Shown here in pieces: positions 23,354-33,185 of a stretch of 64,000 nt of DNA (positions are counted from its first letter, which is position 1; the number at the start of each line of letters is the position of its first letter). Source of the DNA: Alphaproteobacteria bacterium. Its GTDB lineage: Bacteria; Pseudomonadota; Alphaproteobacteria; UBA828. The notes beneath the pieces are model-generated. The model ran no database searches and was not told the origin of the DNA. It saw only the letters and a program-made list of their open reading frames with translations. Location of the stretch: NCBI GenBank assembly GCA_965214705.1, contig OZ243972.1:3744001-3808000 (forward strand), in the 5' to 3' direction. The position numbers and the translations under genes were made by a program.

Positions 23354-23911
23354 TCAGTCGTTGAAGGGGACGTGGGCGACGCTCTCGTCGACTTGGATGC
23401 CGAGCACGGCGCAGAAGCTGCCGAGCAGCTGGTAGTAGCCGATCATCACCACGAGATCGACGAGGCCGGCGTCGCCGAGCTCCGCGCGCAGCCGGGCCAC
23501 CAGCGCGTCGTCCACGTCTTCGCCGCCGGCGACGAGGCGGGCGAGGCGGAGCGCGGGCCCCACGGGCGCGGGCTCCGAGTCCATCGCCGGCGTCCCGACC
23601 ACGGCGCGGTACTGCTCCGGCACCTTGTGGATGTGGTGGTCCCACTCGAAGACGTTGCCGACGGCCTGCGAGACCGTGCAGATGACCATCTCGCGCAGGT
23701 CGTTATCGAGCGCCGAGTGCCAGCGCACGTGCTCGCCCACCGAGGCGACGGCCTGGAGCGCCTCGGGACTCTGCCCCATGACCGCGAACATGTTGGGCAT
23801 GAAGGCGAGCTTGCGGGTCTCGACTACGTGGTCCCAGATCGGCATCTGCTCGGCTGAGAGGTCATCGCGCTCCGCCCGCGGCAGGCGCGGGGCTGCGGCA
23901 TAGCTGGTCAT
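23354..23911 (-). CDS. Carboxymuconolactone decarboxylase (AhpD-like) family protein
   Basis: PRLP...DLSAEQ, LREMVI, FEWDHH, GDAGLVDLV..IGYY; ATG 23911. Confidence 0.8.
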   Translation of the reverse strand: MTSYAAAPRLPRAERDDLSAEQMPIWDHVVETRKLAFMPNMFAVMGQSPEALQAVASVGEHVRWHSALDNDLREMVICTVSQAVGNVFEWDHHIHKVPEQYRAVVGTPAMDSEPAPVGPALRLARLVAGGEDVDDALVARLRAELGDAGLVDLVVMIGYYQLLGSFCAVLGIQVDESVAHVPFND

Positions 23912-23999
23912 CGGATTCTCTCTGTCGTGTTCCCTCAGGCGCATCGCGCGCTCAGGCGCGCGTTACCGCGCGACGCTACGCGCCAGTCGGCGCGGCGGT

Positions 24000-25016
24000 T
24001 CAGTCCGCGAATGCGTCGATCATCGCTTCGTGGTTGGCCAAAGATTCCTCGCGCTCGACGAAGGGGTTGGGGCAGTAGAGCAGGATGGTCTCGAACAACC
24101 CCTCGAAGCGGTCGAGCTGTCCGCGCACGTCGTCGGGCGTGCCGGCGAGCGCCAGTGCGTCGATCATGTCCTCGGTCACGAGCTCGGCCATGGCGGCCAC
24201 ATCGGCCCGTGCCCAGGCCTCGCGGATCGCCAGCTTCTCGCGCGTGAAGCCTGCCGGGTCGAGCACCTGGTCGAAGTATGGAAGCCGCGTGTAGAAGGCC
24301 ACGCAGGGCCGCGCCCGTTGCCTGGCGCGGGCACGGTCCTTGTCCACCGAGCAGATCTTGACCGCGCAGTGCTCGAACGATGACGGGTCGCGGCCGGCCC
24401 TGGAAAGCCCTTCCTTGACCGCCGGGTGCACGATCTCGGTGAAGTAGTGCGGCGTGTTGAGCACGTTGGCGAGCAGGCCATCCGCCACCTCGCCGGACAG
24501 TCTCAGCATCCCCTTCTGCACCGCGGCGAGGTAGATCGGCGGCGGCTCGCAGGGCGGCGCGATCAGGCGGCGATAGTCGCGCACTGTGATGATCTCGCCT
24601 TCGTAGTCGATCGGCGCGGTGGGAGTCGCGGTCCACATCCGCCTGATCGAATTCACATACTCCCGCATGCGCTGGACCGGCCGCTGGTACGAAACCCCGT
24701 GCCAATTCTCGTTCCATTCCTTGGGCGCGGTGCCGAGGCCCAATACGAAGCGCCCCTCGGTGAGCTCCGCCATGGACATGGCGCTGATCTCGGTCATTGC
24801 CGGCGGCCGAGCGAAGACGGCGACGCCGGTGCCGAGGCGGGCGCGCTTGCACCTGGCCGCCATGCCTGCGAGCGGCACGAAGGCATCGCGGCCAAGCTCG
24901 GTGGTCCAGAGGCTCTCCGCGCCCGCGTCCTCGGCCTTGGCCGCGAAGTCGATGGTTTCGGCCAGCGTCAAATTGTCGCCGCTGAAGAGCACGCCCCATT
25001 TCCATTTGCGGGCCAT
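24000..25016 (-). CDS. LLM-class (luciferase-like) flavin- or F420-dependent oxidoreductase
   Basis: AEDAGAESLWTTE...DAFVPL, RLGTGV, GRFVLGLG, PIYLAAV..ML.LSGEVADG, AGTPDDV; ATG 25016. Confidence 0.9.
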   Translation of the reverse strand: MARKWKWGVLFSGDNLTLAETIDFAAKAEDAGAESLWTTELGRDAFVPLAGMAARCKRARLGTGVAVFARPPAMTEISAMSMAELTEGRFVLGLGTAPKEWNENWHGVSYQRPVQRMREYVNSIRRMWTATPTAPIDYEGEIITVRDYRRLIAPPCEPPPIYLAAVQKGMLRLSGEVADGLLANVLNTPHYFTEIVHPAVKEGLSRAGRDPSSFEHCAVKICSVDKDRARARQRARPCVAFYTRLPYFDQVLDPAGFTREKLAIREAWARADVAAMAELVTEDMIDALALAGTPDDVRGQLDRFEGLFETILLYCPNPFVEREESLANHEAMIDAFAD

Positions 25017-25033
25017 CGTCTTTCTCTCTCTTG

Positions 25034-26776
25034 TCAGCGGGGCTCGGCGCGGAGCGCGGCGGTCGCGGCTTCGTCGACGCCGCCGTCGGCGGCGATGATG
25101 ACTCCGTACTGGTCCCGCGCGCGCTCGGTCGAGATGTAGCCGTCGGCGACATCGGCGGCGACCGCGTCTGCCGGGCGGGTGAGGGGATCGCCGAAGCCGC
25201 CGCCGCCGCCGGTCACCACGGCGACGCGGTCGCCCTCGCTCAGCGCCTCGTAGGGGATGCGGGCGACCCGCTTGACGCTGCCGTCGCTCTCGATCCGCAT
25301 GTAGTTGTTGGAGCCTTCGCCGCCGCCCTCCAGGCCCCAGGGACGCTCGATGGAGCGGCCGATGCTGCAATAGGTGTGCGCGTCCGCGCCCGCCACCTCG
25401 AACTCTCGGACCACGCCGAAGCCGCCCCGGTGGCGGCCGGCGCCGGCGCCGTCTTCCACGTTGAGCGCGTAGCGGCGGATGGCCAAGGGGAACTTCGCCT
25501 CGAAGAGCTCGACCGAGTAGTTGTAGGTGTCACCGTCGGTGGTGGCGATGAGTGCGCTGGTGCCGTCGCCCGCTGCGGTCGCGCCCCAGCCGCCGATCGC
25601 GGGCTCGATGTGGACGTAGACCTCGCCGCTCTCCGGATCGCGGCCATAGAAGTAGGTGCCGGCGAGGCTCATGTAGGAGCCCGCGCTGAAGCGCTCGGGC
25701 GCGACCTCGGCGAGCGCCTTCCAGGCGAGCTCGGAGGCGTGGGCGGAGCCTTCGTAATACCAGCCGGTGGGCGCGGGTTTCTCGGCGGTGAAGACGGTGC
25801 CCGGCGGGCAGACCAGGCTCACCGGGCGGAACCAGCCCTCGTTGGAGGGCGCCTGCGGGTCCACCAGCGACTTGAACACGGTCTTGACCGCCGAATCCAG
25901 CGCCCCGAAGGCGCAGTTGATCGGCCCCTTGACCATCGGGCTGGTGCCGGTGAAATCGAAGGTGATCGAATCGCCCCGGATGCGCACGACGACGGCGACG
26001 CGGAAGCGCTCCTCCGAGATGCCGTCGCCGTCGATCCAGTCCTCGGCCGCGTAGTCGCCGTCGGGCAGCGCCGCGACGGCGGCCCGGCTCAGGCGCTCGC
26101 TGGTCTCCAGGATGTGGCCGAAGGTGGCCTTGACCGCGTGGGTGCCGTAGCGGGCGAGGACCTCGTGCAGCCGCGTCTCGGCGATGCGCACGGCGGCCAG
26201 CCCTGCGTTGAAGTCGCCGAGGGACTGCACCGGCAGGCGCACGTTCTCGCGAATCAACGCGATCACGTCGTCGATGGTCTCGTCGTCCCGGCAGACCCGG
26301 ATGCCGGGGAAGTGCACGCCCTCCTGATAGATCTCGGTGGCGGTTGGCGAGATGCTGCCGGGCACGGCGCCGCCGACTTCGCTCCAGTGGGCCACGGAGA
26401 TGGCGAAGGCGAAGAGCCGACCCTCCACGAAGATCGGCTTGATCAGCGCGATGTCGCAGCTGTGGGTGCCGCCCTCGAAGGGGTCGTTGGTCATGAAGAC
26501 GTCGCCCGGCCGCATGGTCTCGCCGTGGCGGCGCACGATGGAGCGCACCTGCGGCGCGAAGGTGCCGGTGAAGAGGGTGATGCCGTTGGTCTGCACCACG
26601 AGCTCGCCGTCCGCGTCGCAAAGGCCGCAGGCGAAGTCCAGCACCTCGTAGATCACGGGGCTCATGGAGGTCTTGGCGATGACGATGCCCATCTCGTCGG
26701 CAAGCGCGAGCAGCTTGCCGCGGATGATCTCGCGCGTGACCGGATCGGCAGCGGACTGGTTAGCGGGTGCGGTCAT
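25034..26776 (-). CDS. hyuB: Second hydantoinase B / oxoprolinase family protein (no adjacent A subunit)
   Basis: DPVTREII..L...ADEMG, SPVIYEVLDFAC, NDPFEGGTH, HWSEVGGAVPGS, EIYQEG, GGGGFGDP; ATG 26776 with GGAGG SD. Confidence 0.92.
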   Translation of the reverse strand: MTAPANQSAADPVTREIIRGKLLALADEMGIVIAKTSMSPVIYEVLDFACGLCDADGELVVQTNGITLFTGTFAPQVRSIVRRHGETMRPGDVFMTNDPFEGGTHSCDIALIKPIFVEGRLFAFAISVAHWSEVGGAVPGSISPTATEIYQEGVHFPGIRVCRDDETIDDVIALIRENVRLPVQSLGDFNAGLAAVRIAETRLHEVLARYGTHAVKATFGHILETSERLSRAAVAALPDGDYAAEDWIDGDGISEERFRVAVVVRIRGDSITFDFTGTSPMVKGPINCAFGALDSAVKTVFKSLVDPQAPSNEGWFRPVSLVCPPGTVFTAEKPAPTGWYYEGSAHASELAWKALAEVAPERFSAGSYMSLAGTYFYGRDPESGEVYVHIEPAIGGWGATAAGDGTSALIATTDGDTYNYSVELFEAKFPLAIRRYALNVEDGAGAGRHRGGFGVVREFEVAGADAHTYCSIGRSIERPWGLEGGGEGSNNYMRIESDGSVKRVARIPYEALSEGDRVAVVTGGGGGFGDPLTRPADAVAADVADGYISTERARDQYGVIIAADGGVDEAATAALRAEPR

Positions 26777-26933
26777 GGTCCCTCCCGGCGCGGGATTGTT
26801 CCCGAGGCTCAGGTGTCGTGCAAGCGGGCGGGTCCGTCCGCGTCGGGCAGGAGACCCCGCACCATGGTGCGGTGGCCGTGGGCACCGGCGGGCGCCACGA
26901 TGCGCCGTTTCGTCCGATACGAAAGGAGTCATC

Positions 26934-27806
26934 GTGGCCACACAGCGACAGATCGAAGCCAACCGCCGAAACGCCCGGTCGAGCACCGGCCCGAAGACCG
27001 AGGCCGGCAAGGCCGCGTCGTCGGCCAACGCGCTCAGCCACGGCCTTACGGCCGCCGACAACGTGGTGCTGCCGGAGGAAGACCCCGATGAATTCGAGCG
27101 GCTCAGGGAGGGCGTGATCGCCGACCTCCAGCCGGCGGGCCCGCTGCAGGAGGCGCTGGCGGAGCGCGTCGCCGTGCTGCTCTGGCGCCTCGACCGCGTC
27201 GCCCGGTTCGAAGCCGGGCTCTTCGTTCACGGCCAACTCACCGTGATACGCGACAGGGTGGGCGACCCGTTTCGTTCTTCAAGCATCTTGCAGGGTCTCG
27301 CCGACCTGCCGAAGGAGGTCACGCAGTTGCAGGAGAAGTGTGCACGGTTCAAGCGCAGGATCGACGAGGACATCCAGGCCCAGGCACCCTCCGCCCAGGT
27401 GCTGGTGGAGCGGCGCCAGAGTGCGCGCGCCTTCGACCAGATTGCGCGCCACGAGGCGATGCTGCAGCGGTCGCTGAACCGGACGCTCGACGAGTTCCGC
27501 CGCTTGCGCGACGCATCGGCTGCGGCAGCCGAATCGAAGGCGCCGCCGCCGGCCGCGCCGGCCGATCCCGACCCTGCGCCGGTTCGCGACGTTCCCCCGC
27601 CTGCGTCTGCGGGCCCGCAGCCGGCCAGCGACGAGACCCGTGGCGAGGCCGGGCGCACGGGCGAAAAGGCGTTTTTGCAAAACGAAGCCAATTCAGCGCA
27701 AACGCCTGACGTGGAAGCCGATTCGAAAGCCGGAACGGAATTACCGCAGGCCGGGACCGGAGGGCCGCCACTCCCAAGAACGGAACTCGCGCCAGGGCAC
27801 GATTAG
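26934..27806 (+). CDS. Hypothetical protein of the MATxxQIxANRRNAxxSTGPKT type, with a Pro/Ala-rich tail containing LQNEANS
   Basis: SD AAGGAG then GTG 26934; STGPKTEAGKAASSANALSHGLTA, LWRLDRV, RHEAMLQRSLNRTL.E..RL. I recognise this as a widespread uncharacterised family. Confidence 0.8.
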   Translation: MATQRQIEANRRNARSSTGPKTEAGKAASSANALSHGLTAADNVVLPEEDPDEFERLREGVIADLQPAGPLQEALAERVAVLLWRLDRVARFEAGLFVHGQLTVIRDRVGDPFRSSSILQGLADLPKEVTQLQEKCARFKRRIDEDIQAQAPSAQVLVERRQSARAFDQIARHEAMLQRSLNRTLDEFRRLRDASAAAAESKAPPPAAPADPDPAPVRDVPPPASAGPQPASDETRGEAGRTGEKAFLQNEANSAQTPDVEADSKAGTELPQAGTGGPPLPRTELAPGHD

Positions 27807-27838
27807 ACCTTACCTGATCGCTGCAGCCCGAAGAGCGC

Positions 27839-28017
27839 CCACCTCCGGCTGTCCCCTTCTAAACCTATACGTTTCCCTCAGTCGGCGGGCGCTCGCATCA
27901 CGCGCCCGCGCGCGTGTGGCCGCGCGACACTCGCTTGCCTACGCGCTTACGCGCGCGGCGCAGTCGCGCCGACCGGGCCTGCGGCCCGGCATGGCGGAGG
28001 GGGACAGCGGGAGGTGG
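27839..28017. repeat. ~180-bp non-coding element bounded by 21-bp imperfect inverted repeats
   Basis: CCACCTCCGGCTGTCCCCTTC (27839-27859) vs GAGGGGGACAGCGGGAGGTGG (27997-28017): 19/21 complementary. Confidence 0.7.
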
Positions 28018-28029
28018 AGCTCCGAAGGA

Positions 28030-29139
28030 TCAGCCGAGGCGTTCGTCGATCAGCCGGTTCACCTCGGTGGCAGCTTCCATCTGGACCATGTGGCCCTGGC
28101 CCTCCATCACCGTGCAGTCCACGCCGTCCGGCAGGCCGTCGGCGTGGGAGGCGGGGATGATCTGGTCGCCCGCGCCCCAGATGACCAGCGTGGGCACGCT
28201 GCCCGCCACGTCGCGCATCGCCTCGGCCTGGGCGCCGCCCGGTGCGAAGGCATCACGGACGGTGCTGAGCGCGGCAGTGACCCCGTCGATCCGCTTGAAG
28301 GCGAGCAGGTCGTTGATGAGCTGGCGGGTCACCAGCGCCGGATCACTGAACAGCTTCTCGACGTGGGGCTTGAGGTCCTTCCGGCGCTCGGCCGAGATGA
28401 AGCCCTCCAGATAGTCCCCGTCGATATCGGAACCCAGGCCGGCGCTGCCGATCACGGTGATCGACGCCACCCTCCCCGGTGCCGCACGGGCCACGGCAAG
28501 CGCGATGGCGCCGCCCATGGAGTGGCCCACGAGATGGGCGGACTCAATCTCCAGGGCGTCGGCGAAGCCGGTGACGATATCGGCGAAGAAGCCGATGGAG
28601 CCGTCGCCCACGTCCTTGCTGGAGCTGCCGTGCCCTGGAAGGTCGAGGGCGTGGACAACCCGCTTTGCCGCGAGCGCCTCGTGGTTGAACAGCCAGTTGT
28701 TGAGATCGCCGCCGAAACCGTGGATCAGGATGACCGGCGTGCCGCCTTCGCCCCGCGTGAGGTAGCGAATCGTGCGCCCAGCGATTTCCACAGACTCGGT
28801 CGCCGGTCCGCCGTCCTCATCGTCGTCCTCGGGCGGCACGAAGTTGGCCTGAAAGTCGGTGACGAAGGCGTCGATATCGGCGTCGGCGACGCTCTCGTCG
28901 GCGACGATGCCGAGCAGGCCGCCGACCGGCAGCACGTCGCCCTCCTGGGCGACGCAACGGCGGAGCGTGCCCGCGTCCGCCGCCTCGACCGCGCTGGAGA
29001 TCTTCTCGGTCTCGATGTCGATGATCTCATCGCCCGGCGTGATCGAATCGCCCTCATCCACAAGCCATCCGGCCACCTTCCCCTCCTTCATGGAGAGGCC
29101 CCATTTGGGCATGCAAACGGTGCGGATGCCTTCGCTCAT
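28030..29139 (-). CDS. acoC: Acetoin dehydrogenase E2-type subunit (lipoyl domain + alpha/beta hydrolase)
   Basis: MPKWGLSM.EG, lipoyl IETEKI, HGFGGDLNNWLFN, GHSMGG, GHMVQME. Confidence 0.92.
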   Translation of the reverse strand: MSEGIRTVCMPKWGLSMKEGKVAGWLVDEGDSITPGDEIIDIETEKISSAVEAADAGTLRRCVAQEGDVLPVGGLLGIVADESVADADIDAFVTDFQANFVPPEDDDEDGGPATESVEIAGRTIRYLTRGEGGTPVILIHGFGGDLNNWLFNHEALAAKRVVHALDLPGHGSSSKDVGDGSIGFFADIVTGFADALEIESAHLVGHSMGGAIALAVARAAPGRVASITVIGSAGLGSDIDGDYLEGFISAERRKDLKPHVEKLFSDPALVTRQLINDLLAFKRIDGVTAALSTVRDAFAPGGAQAEAMRDVAGSVPTLVIWGAGDQIIPASHADGLPDGVDCTVMEGQGHMVQMEAATEVNRLIDERLG

Positions 29140-30149
29140 TTGCTGGACTCCATCACCGCCTTCACGGCCTTCTGCACCGCCGCGGCGTCGGGGATGTAGA
29201 GATCCTCGAGCGTATCCGAGAACGGCACGGGGGTGTGCGGTGCGGTCACCTGCTTGATCGGCCCCTTGAGGGAATCGAAGGCCTTCTCGCAGACCATCGC
29301 CGCGATATCGGTGGCCATGTTGCAGCGCGGGTGTGCCTCGTCCAGCACCACCAGCCTTCCGGTGTTCTCCACCGTCTCGATCACGGTGTCCTCGTCGAGC
29401 GGCGAGGTCGTGCGCAGGTCGACGATCTCGCACTCGATGCCGTCGTTGGCGAGCGCACTCGCCGCCTCAGCCGCGACATGAACCATACGGCCCAGCGTCA
29501 CGATCGAGACGTCATCGCCCTCGCGCACGATGTTGGCTTCGCCGAAGGGGAGCGCATAGGGCTCCTCCGGCACGTCGCCTTCAAGGGTGTAGAGCCCCTT
29601 GTGCTCGCAGAAGATCACCGGGTCGTTGTCGCGGATCGCCTGGATCAGCAGCCCCTTGGCATCGTAGGGCGTCGCCGGGGTCACGACCTTGAGCCCGGGG
29701 ATGTGGGTGAACACCGGATAGAGGCACTGCGAGTGCTGGGCGGCAGCGCGCAGCCCGGCGCCGTACATGGTGCGGATCACCACCGGCGTCTCGGCCTTGC
29801 CGCCGAACATGTAGCGGAACTTCGCCGCCTGGTTGAAGATCTGGTCGAAGCAGACGCCCATGAAGTCGATGAACATCAACTCCGCCACCGGGCGGAGGCC
29901 CGCGGTCGCCGCGCCCACGGCGGCGCCGATGAACGCGGATTCGCTGATCGGGGTGTCCATCACCCGATCGCCGTACTTGCCGTAAAGCCCCTTGGTGATG
30001 CCGAGCGGGCCGCCCCAGGCGTCGCGCTCGCCGTCGGTGCCGAGCCCGCCGGCCACGTCCTCGCCCATGACGACGACGGTCTCGTCGCGCTCCATCTCCT
30101 GCGCGAGGGCTTCGTTGATCGCCTGCTGGTAGGTCGCTGTGCGTGCCAT
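29136..30149 (-). CDS. acoB: Acetoin dehydrogenase E1 beta subunit
   Basis: DAWGGPLG.TKGL, DTPISESAFIG, FNQAAKFRYMFGGKA, AAQHSQ, HTPVPF. Confidence 0.95.
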   Translation of the reverse strand: MARTATYQQAINEALAQEMERDETVVVMGEDVAGGLGTDGERDAWGGPLGITKGLYGKYGDRVMDTPISESAFIGAAVGAATAGLRPVAELMFIDFMGVCFDQIFNQAAKFRYMFGGKAETPVVIRTMYGAGLRAAAQHSQCLYPVFTHIPGLKVVTPATPYDAKGLLIQAIRDNDPVIFCEHKGLYTLEGDVPEEPYALPFGEANIVREGDDVSIVTLGRMVHVAAEAASALANDGIECEIVDLRTTSPLDEDTVIETVENTGRLVVLDEAHPRCNMATDIAAMVCEKAFDSLKGPIKQVTAPHTPVPFSDTLEDLYIPDAAAVQKAVKAVMESSK

Positions 30150-30164
30150 GACTCTCTCCCTCGC

Positions 30165-31133
30165 TCAGTAGGATACGTAGACGTCGGTCAGAAGATCGGC
30201 GGCGGTCGGCGGCGGTGCCACCTTGGCCTTGGCGACCGCGCCATCGATCTGGGCTTCGGCCTCGCCGTCGATCGCGTCGAGATCGGCGGCATCGAGCAGG
30301 CCGGCTTCAGTCACCCTGCTGCGGAACATGGCGAGACAGTCGCGCGATTCGCGCAGCTTCTTGACCTCGTCGGGTCCGCGGTAGGTCTGCGCATCGCCCT
30401 CGAAGTGCCCGTAGTAGCGGTTGAGCTTGCATTCCAGCAGGCTCGGGCCGCCACCCTCGCGGGCGCGCTTGATGGCCTCGCCGGCGGCCTCGTAGACCGC
30501 GAAGAAGTCGTGCCCGTCGATCACGACGCCCGGCATGTTGAAGCCGCTGGCGCGGTCGGCGGCGTCGTCGCAGGCGATCGACCACTTGGACGAGGTCGAT
30601 TCCGCGTAGCCGTTGTTCTCGATCACGAAGATGCAGGGCAGGTTCCAGACCGAGGCCAAGTTGAGGCTCTCGAAGGTGGTGCCCTGGTTGGAGCCGCCGT
30701 CGCCCACGAAGGCGATGGCGACGCCGCCGGTGCCGAGCTGCTTTGCGGCCAAGCCGGCGCCGCAGATCAGCGGCGGGCCGCCGCCCACGATGCCGTTCGC
30801 GCCCATCATGCCCTTGTCGAGATCGGCGATGTGCATGGAGCCGCCCTTGCCGGCGCAGAGGCCGTCCTTACGGCCGTAGATCTCCGCCATCATGCCGTCC
30901 ACGTCGCATCCCTTGGCGATGCAGTGGCCGTGGCCGCGGTGGGTGCTGGCGATGCGGTCGCGATCGTCGAGGTGCATGCACACGCCGACGCCGCTCGCCT
31001 CTTCGCCGGCATAGAGGTGCACGAAACCCGGAATCTCGCCGGTCGCGAACTCGATGTGAAGGCGTTCCTCGAACTCGCGAATCGTGCGCATGGTTGTGTA
31101 AGCCTTCAACAATTCGTCTCTGCTGAGCTGCAT
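30165..31133 (-). CDS. acoA: Acetoin dehydrogenase E1 alpha subunit (TPP-dependent)
   Basis: IPGFVHLYAGEEA, STHRGHGHCIAKG, TPP motif GDGGSNQG...ENN, RYYGHFEGDAQTYR. Confidence 0.95.
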   Translation of the reverse strand: MQLSRDELLKAYTTMRTIREFEERLHIEFATGEIPGFVHLYAGEEASGVGVCMHLDDRDRIASTHRGHGHCIAKGCDVDGMMAEIYGRKDGLCAGKGGSMHIADLDKGMMGANGIVGGGPPLICGAGLAAKQLGTGGVAIAFVGDGGSNQGTTFESLNLASVWNLPCIFVIENNGYAESTSSKWSIACDDAADRASGFNMPGVVIDGHDFFAVYEAAGEAIKRAREGGGPSLLECKLNRYYGHFEGDAQTYRGPDEVKKLRESRDCLAMFRSRVTEAGLLDAADLDAIDGEAEAQIDGAVAKAKVAPPPTAADLLTDVYVSY

Positions 31134-31172
31134 ACCAGTGGCTCCCCTTTGCCTGCGTGGTGGCGTTCGGCC

Positions 31173-32267
<1,095 letters not shown>

Positions 32268-32303
32268 CAGTACCCCCAGACAGGCATTCGATCAGGCTCC
32301 CGC

Positions 32304-33182
32304 CTACTCTCTGACCGCGCCCATGGTCAGGCCGGCGACGAGATAGCGTCGGATCAGAAGGCCCAGGAACATCATCGGGACGGTCGTGACCACGCCTGCG
32401 GCCATGATCATGCCCCACTGAATCTTGACAGGCTGGACGAGCTCGGCCGTGGCCACCGGCAGGGTCTTGGCGCCGCCCGAGCCGATGATCGTGGCGAACA
32501 GGAAATCGTTCCAGCCGAACAGCACGCACAGCACGATGAAGGCGCCAAGCCCCGGCGCCACCAGCGGAATGATCAGCCTGAACGCCTGCCAGCGGGTGCA
32601 GCCGTCGCACTGCGCGGCTTCCTCGATCGCGTAGGGAACGTTGTCGAAGAAGCCCTTCAGAATCCAGATGGCGAAGGGGAGGTTGAAGGTGGTGTAGGCG
32701 AGAATCAGGCCAGGCAGGGTGCCGACCAGCCCGGACGAGCGGAAGATCACGTAGAGCGGCACCATCACCGCCACCACCGGCGCCATCCGGGTAGAGATGA
32801 TCCAGAAGAGCAGATCGCGCTTGCCGCGGAACTCGGCGCGGGAGAGCGCATAGGCCGCCATCGAGCCGAGCGAGACGGAGACCGCCGCCGAGCCCAGCGA
32901 CGCGATCAGGCTGTTGCGCAGGTAAGTGCCGAAATGCTTCTCGGTGAAGAGTTCGACGTAGTGCGTGCCGGTCGGCTTGAAGTCGAACATCACGCCGAGG
33001 TCGCCCCAATCGCCCGGCTCCGGCAGCTGGAACGCATCCAGAAGATCCTTGAAGGACGAGACCACCATGATGAAGAGCGGCAGCACGGTCCAGACGAAGA
33101 AGAAGATCAGGAACAGGATCGAGAGACCCTGCAGAACGCTGCGCAGCGGCGAGCGATAGCGGACGATCTCGCGGGATGCCAT
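32304..33182 (-). CDS. Carbohydrate ABC transporter permease (MalG-like)
   Basis: Multiple TM helices, YLRNSL, EAA loop IEEAAQCDGCT, KTLPV. Confidence 0.93.
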   Translation of the reverse strand: MASREIVRYRSPLRSVLQGLSILFLIFFFVWTVLPLFIMVVSSFKDLLDAFQLPEPGDWGDLGVMFDFKPTGTHYVELFTEKHFGTYLRNSLIASLGSAAVSVSLGSMAAYALSRAEFRGKRDLLFWIISTRMAPVVAVMVPLYVIFRSSGLVGTLPGLILAYTTFNLPFAIWILKGFFDNVPYAIEEAAQCDGCTRWQAFRLIIPLVAPGLGAFIVLCVLFGWNDFLFATIIGSGGAKTLPVATAELVQPVKIQWGMIMAAGVVTTVPMMFLGLLIRRYLVAGLTMGAVRE

Positions 33183-33185
33183 CGG

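Noticed and set aside
20545-23528. The 180-bp repeat pair as a diversity-generating retroelement TR/VR
   Set aside because: Mismatches are not adenine-specific (mostly G>A and C>T decay) and there is no reverse transcriptase in the window.
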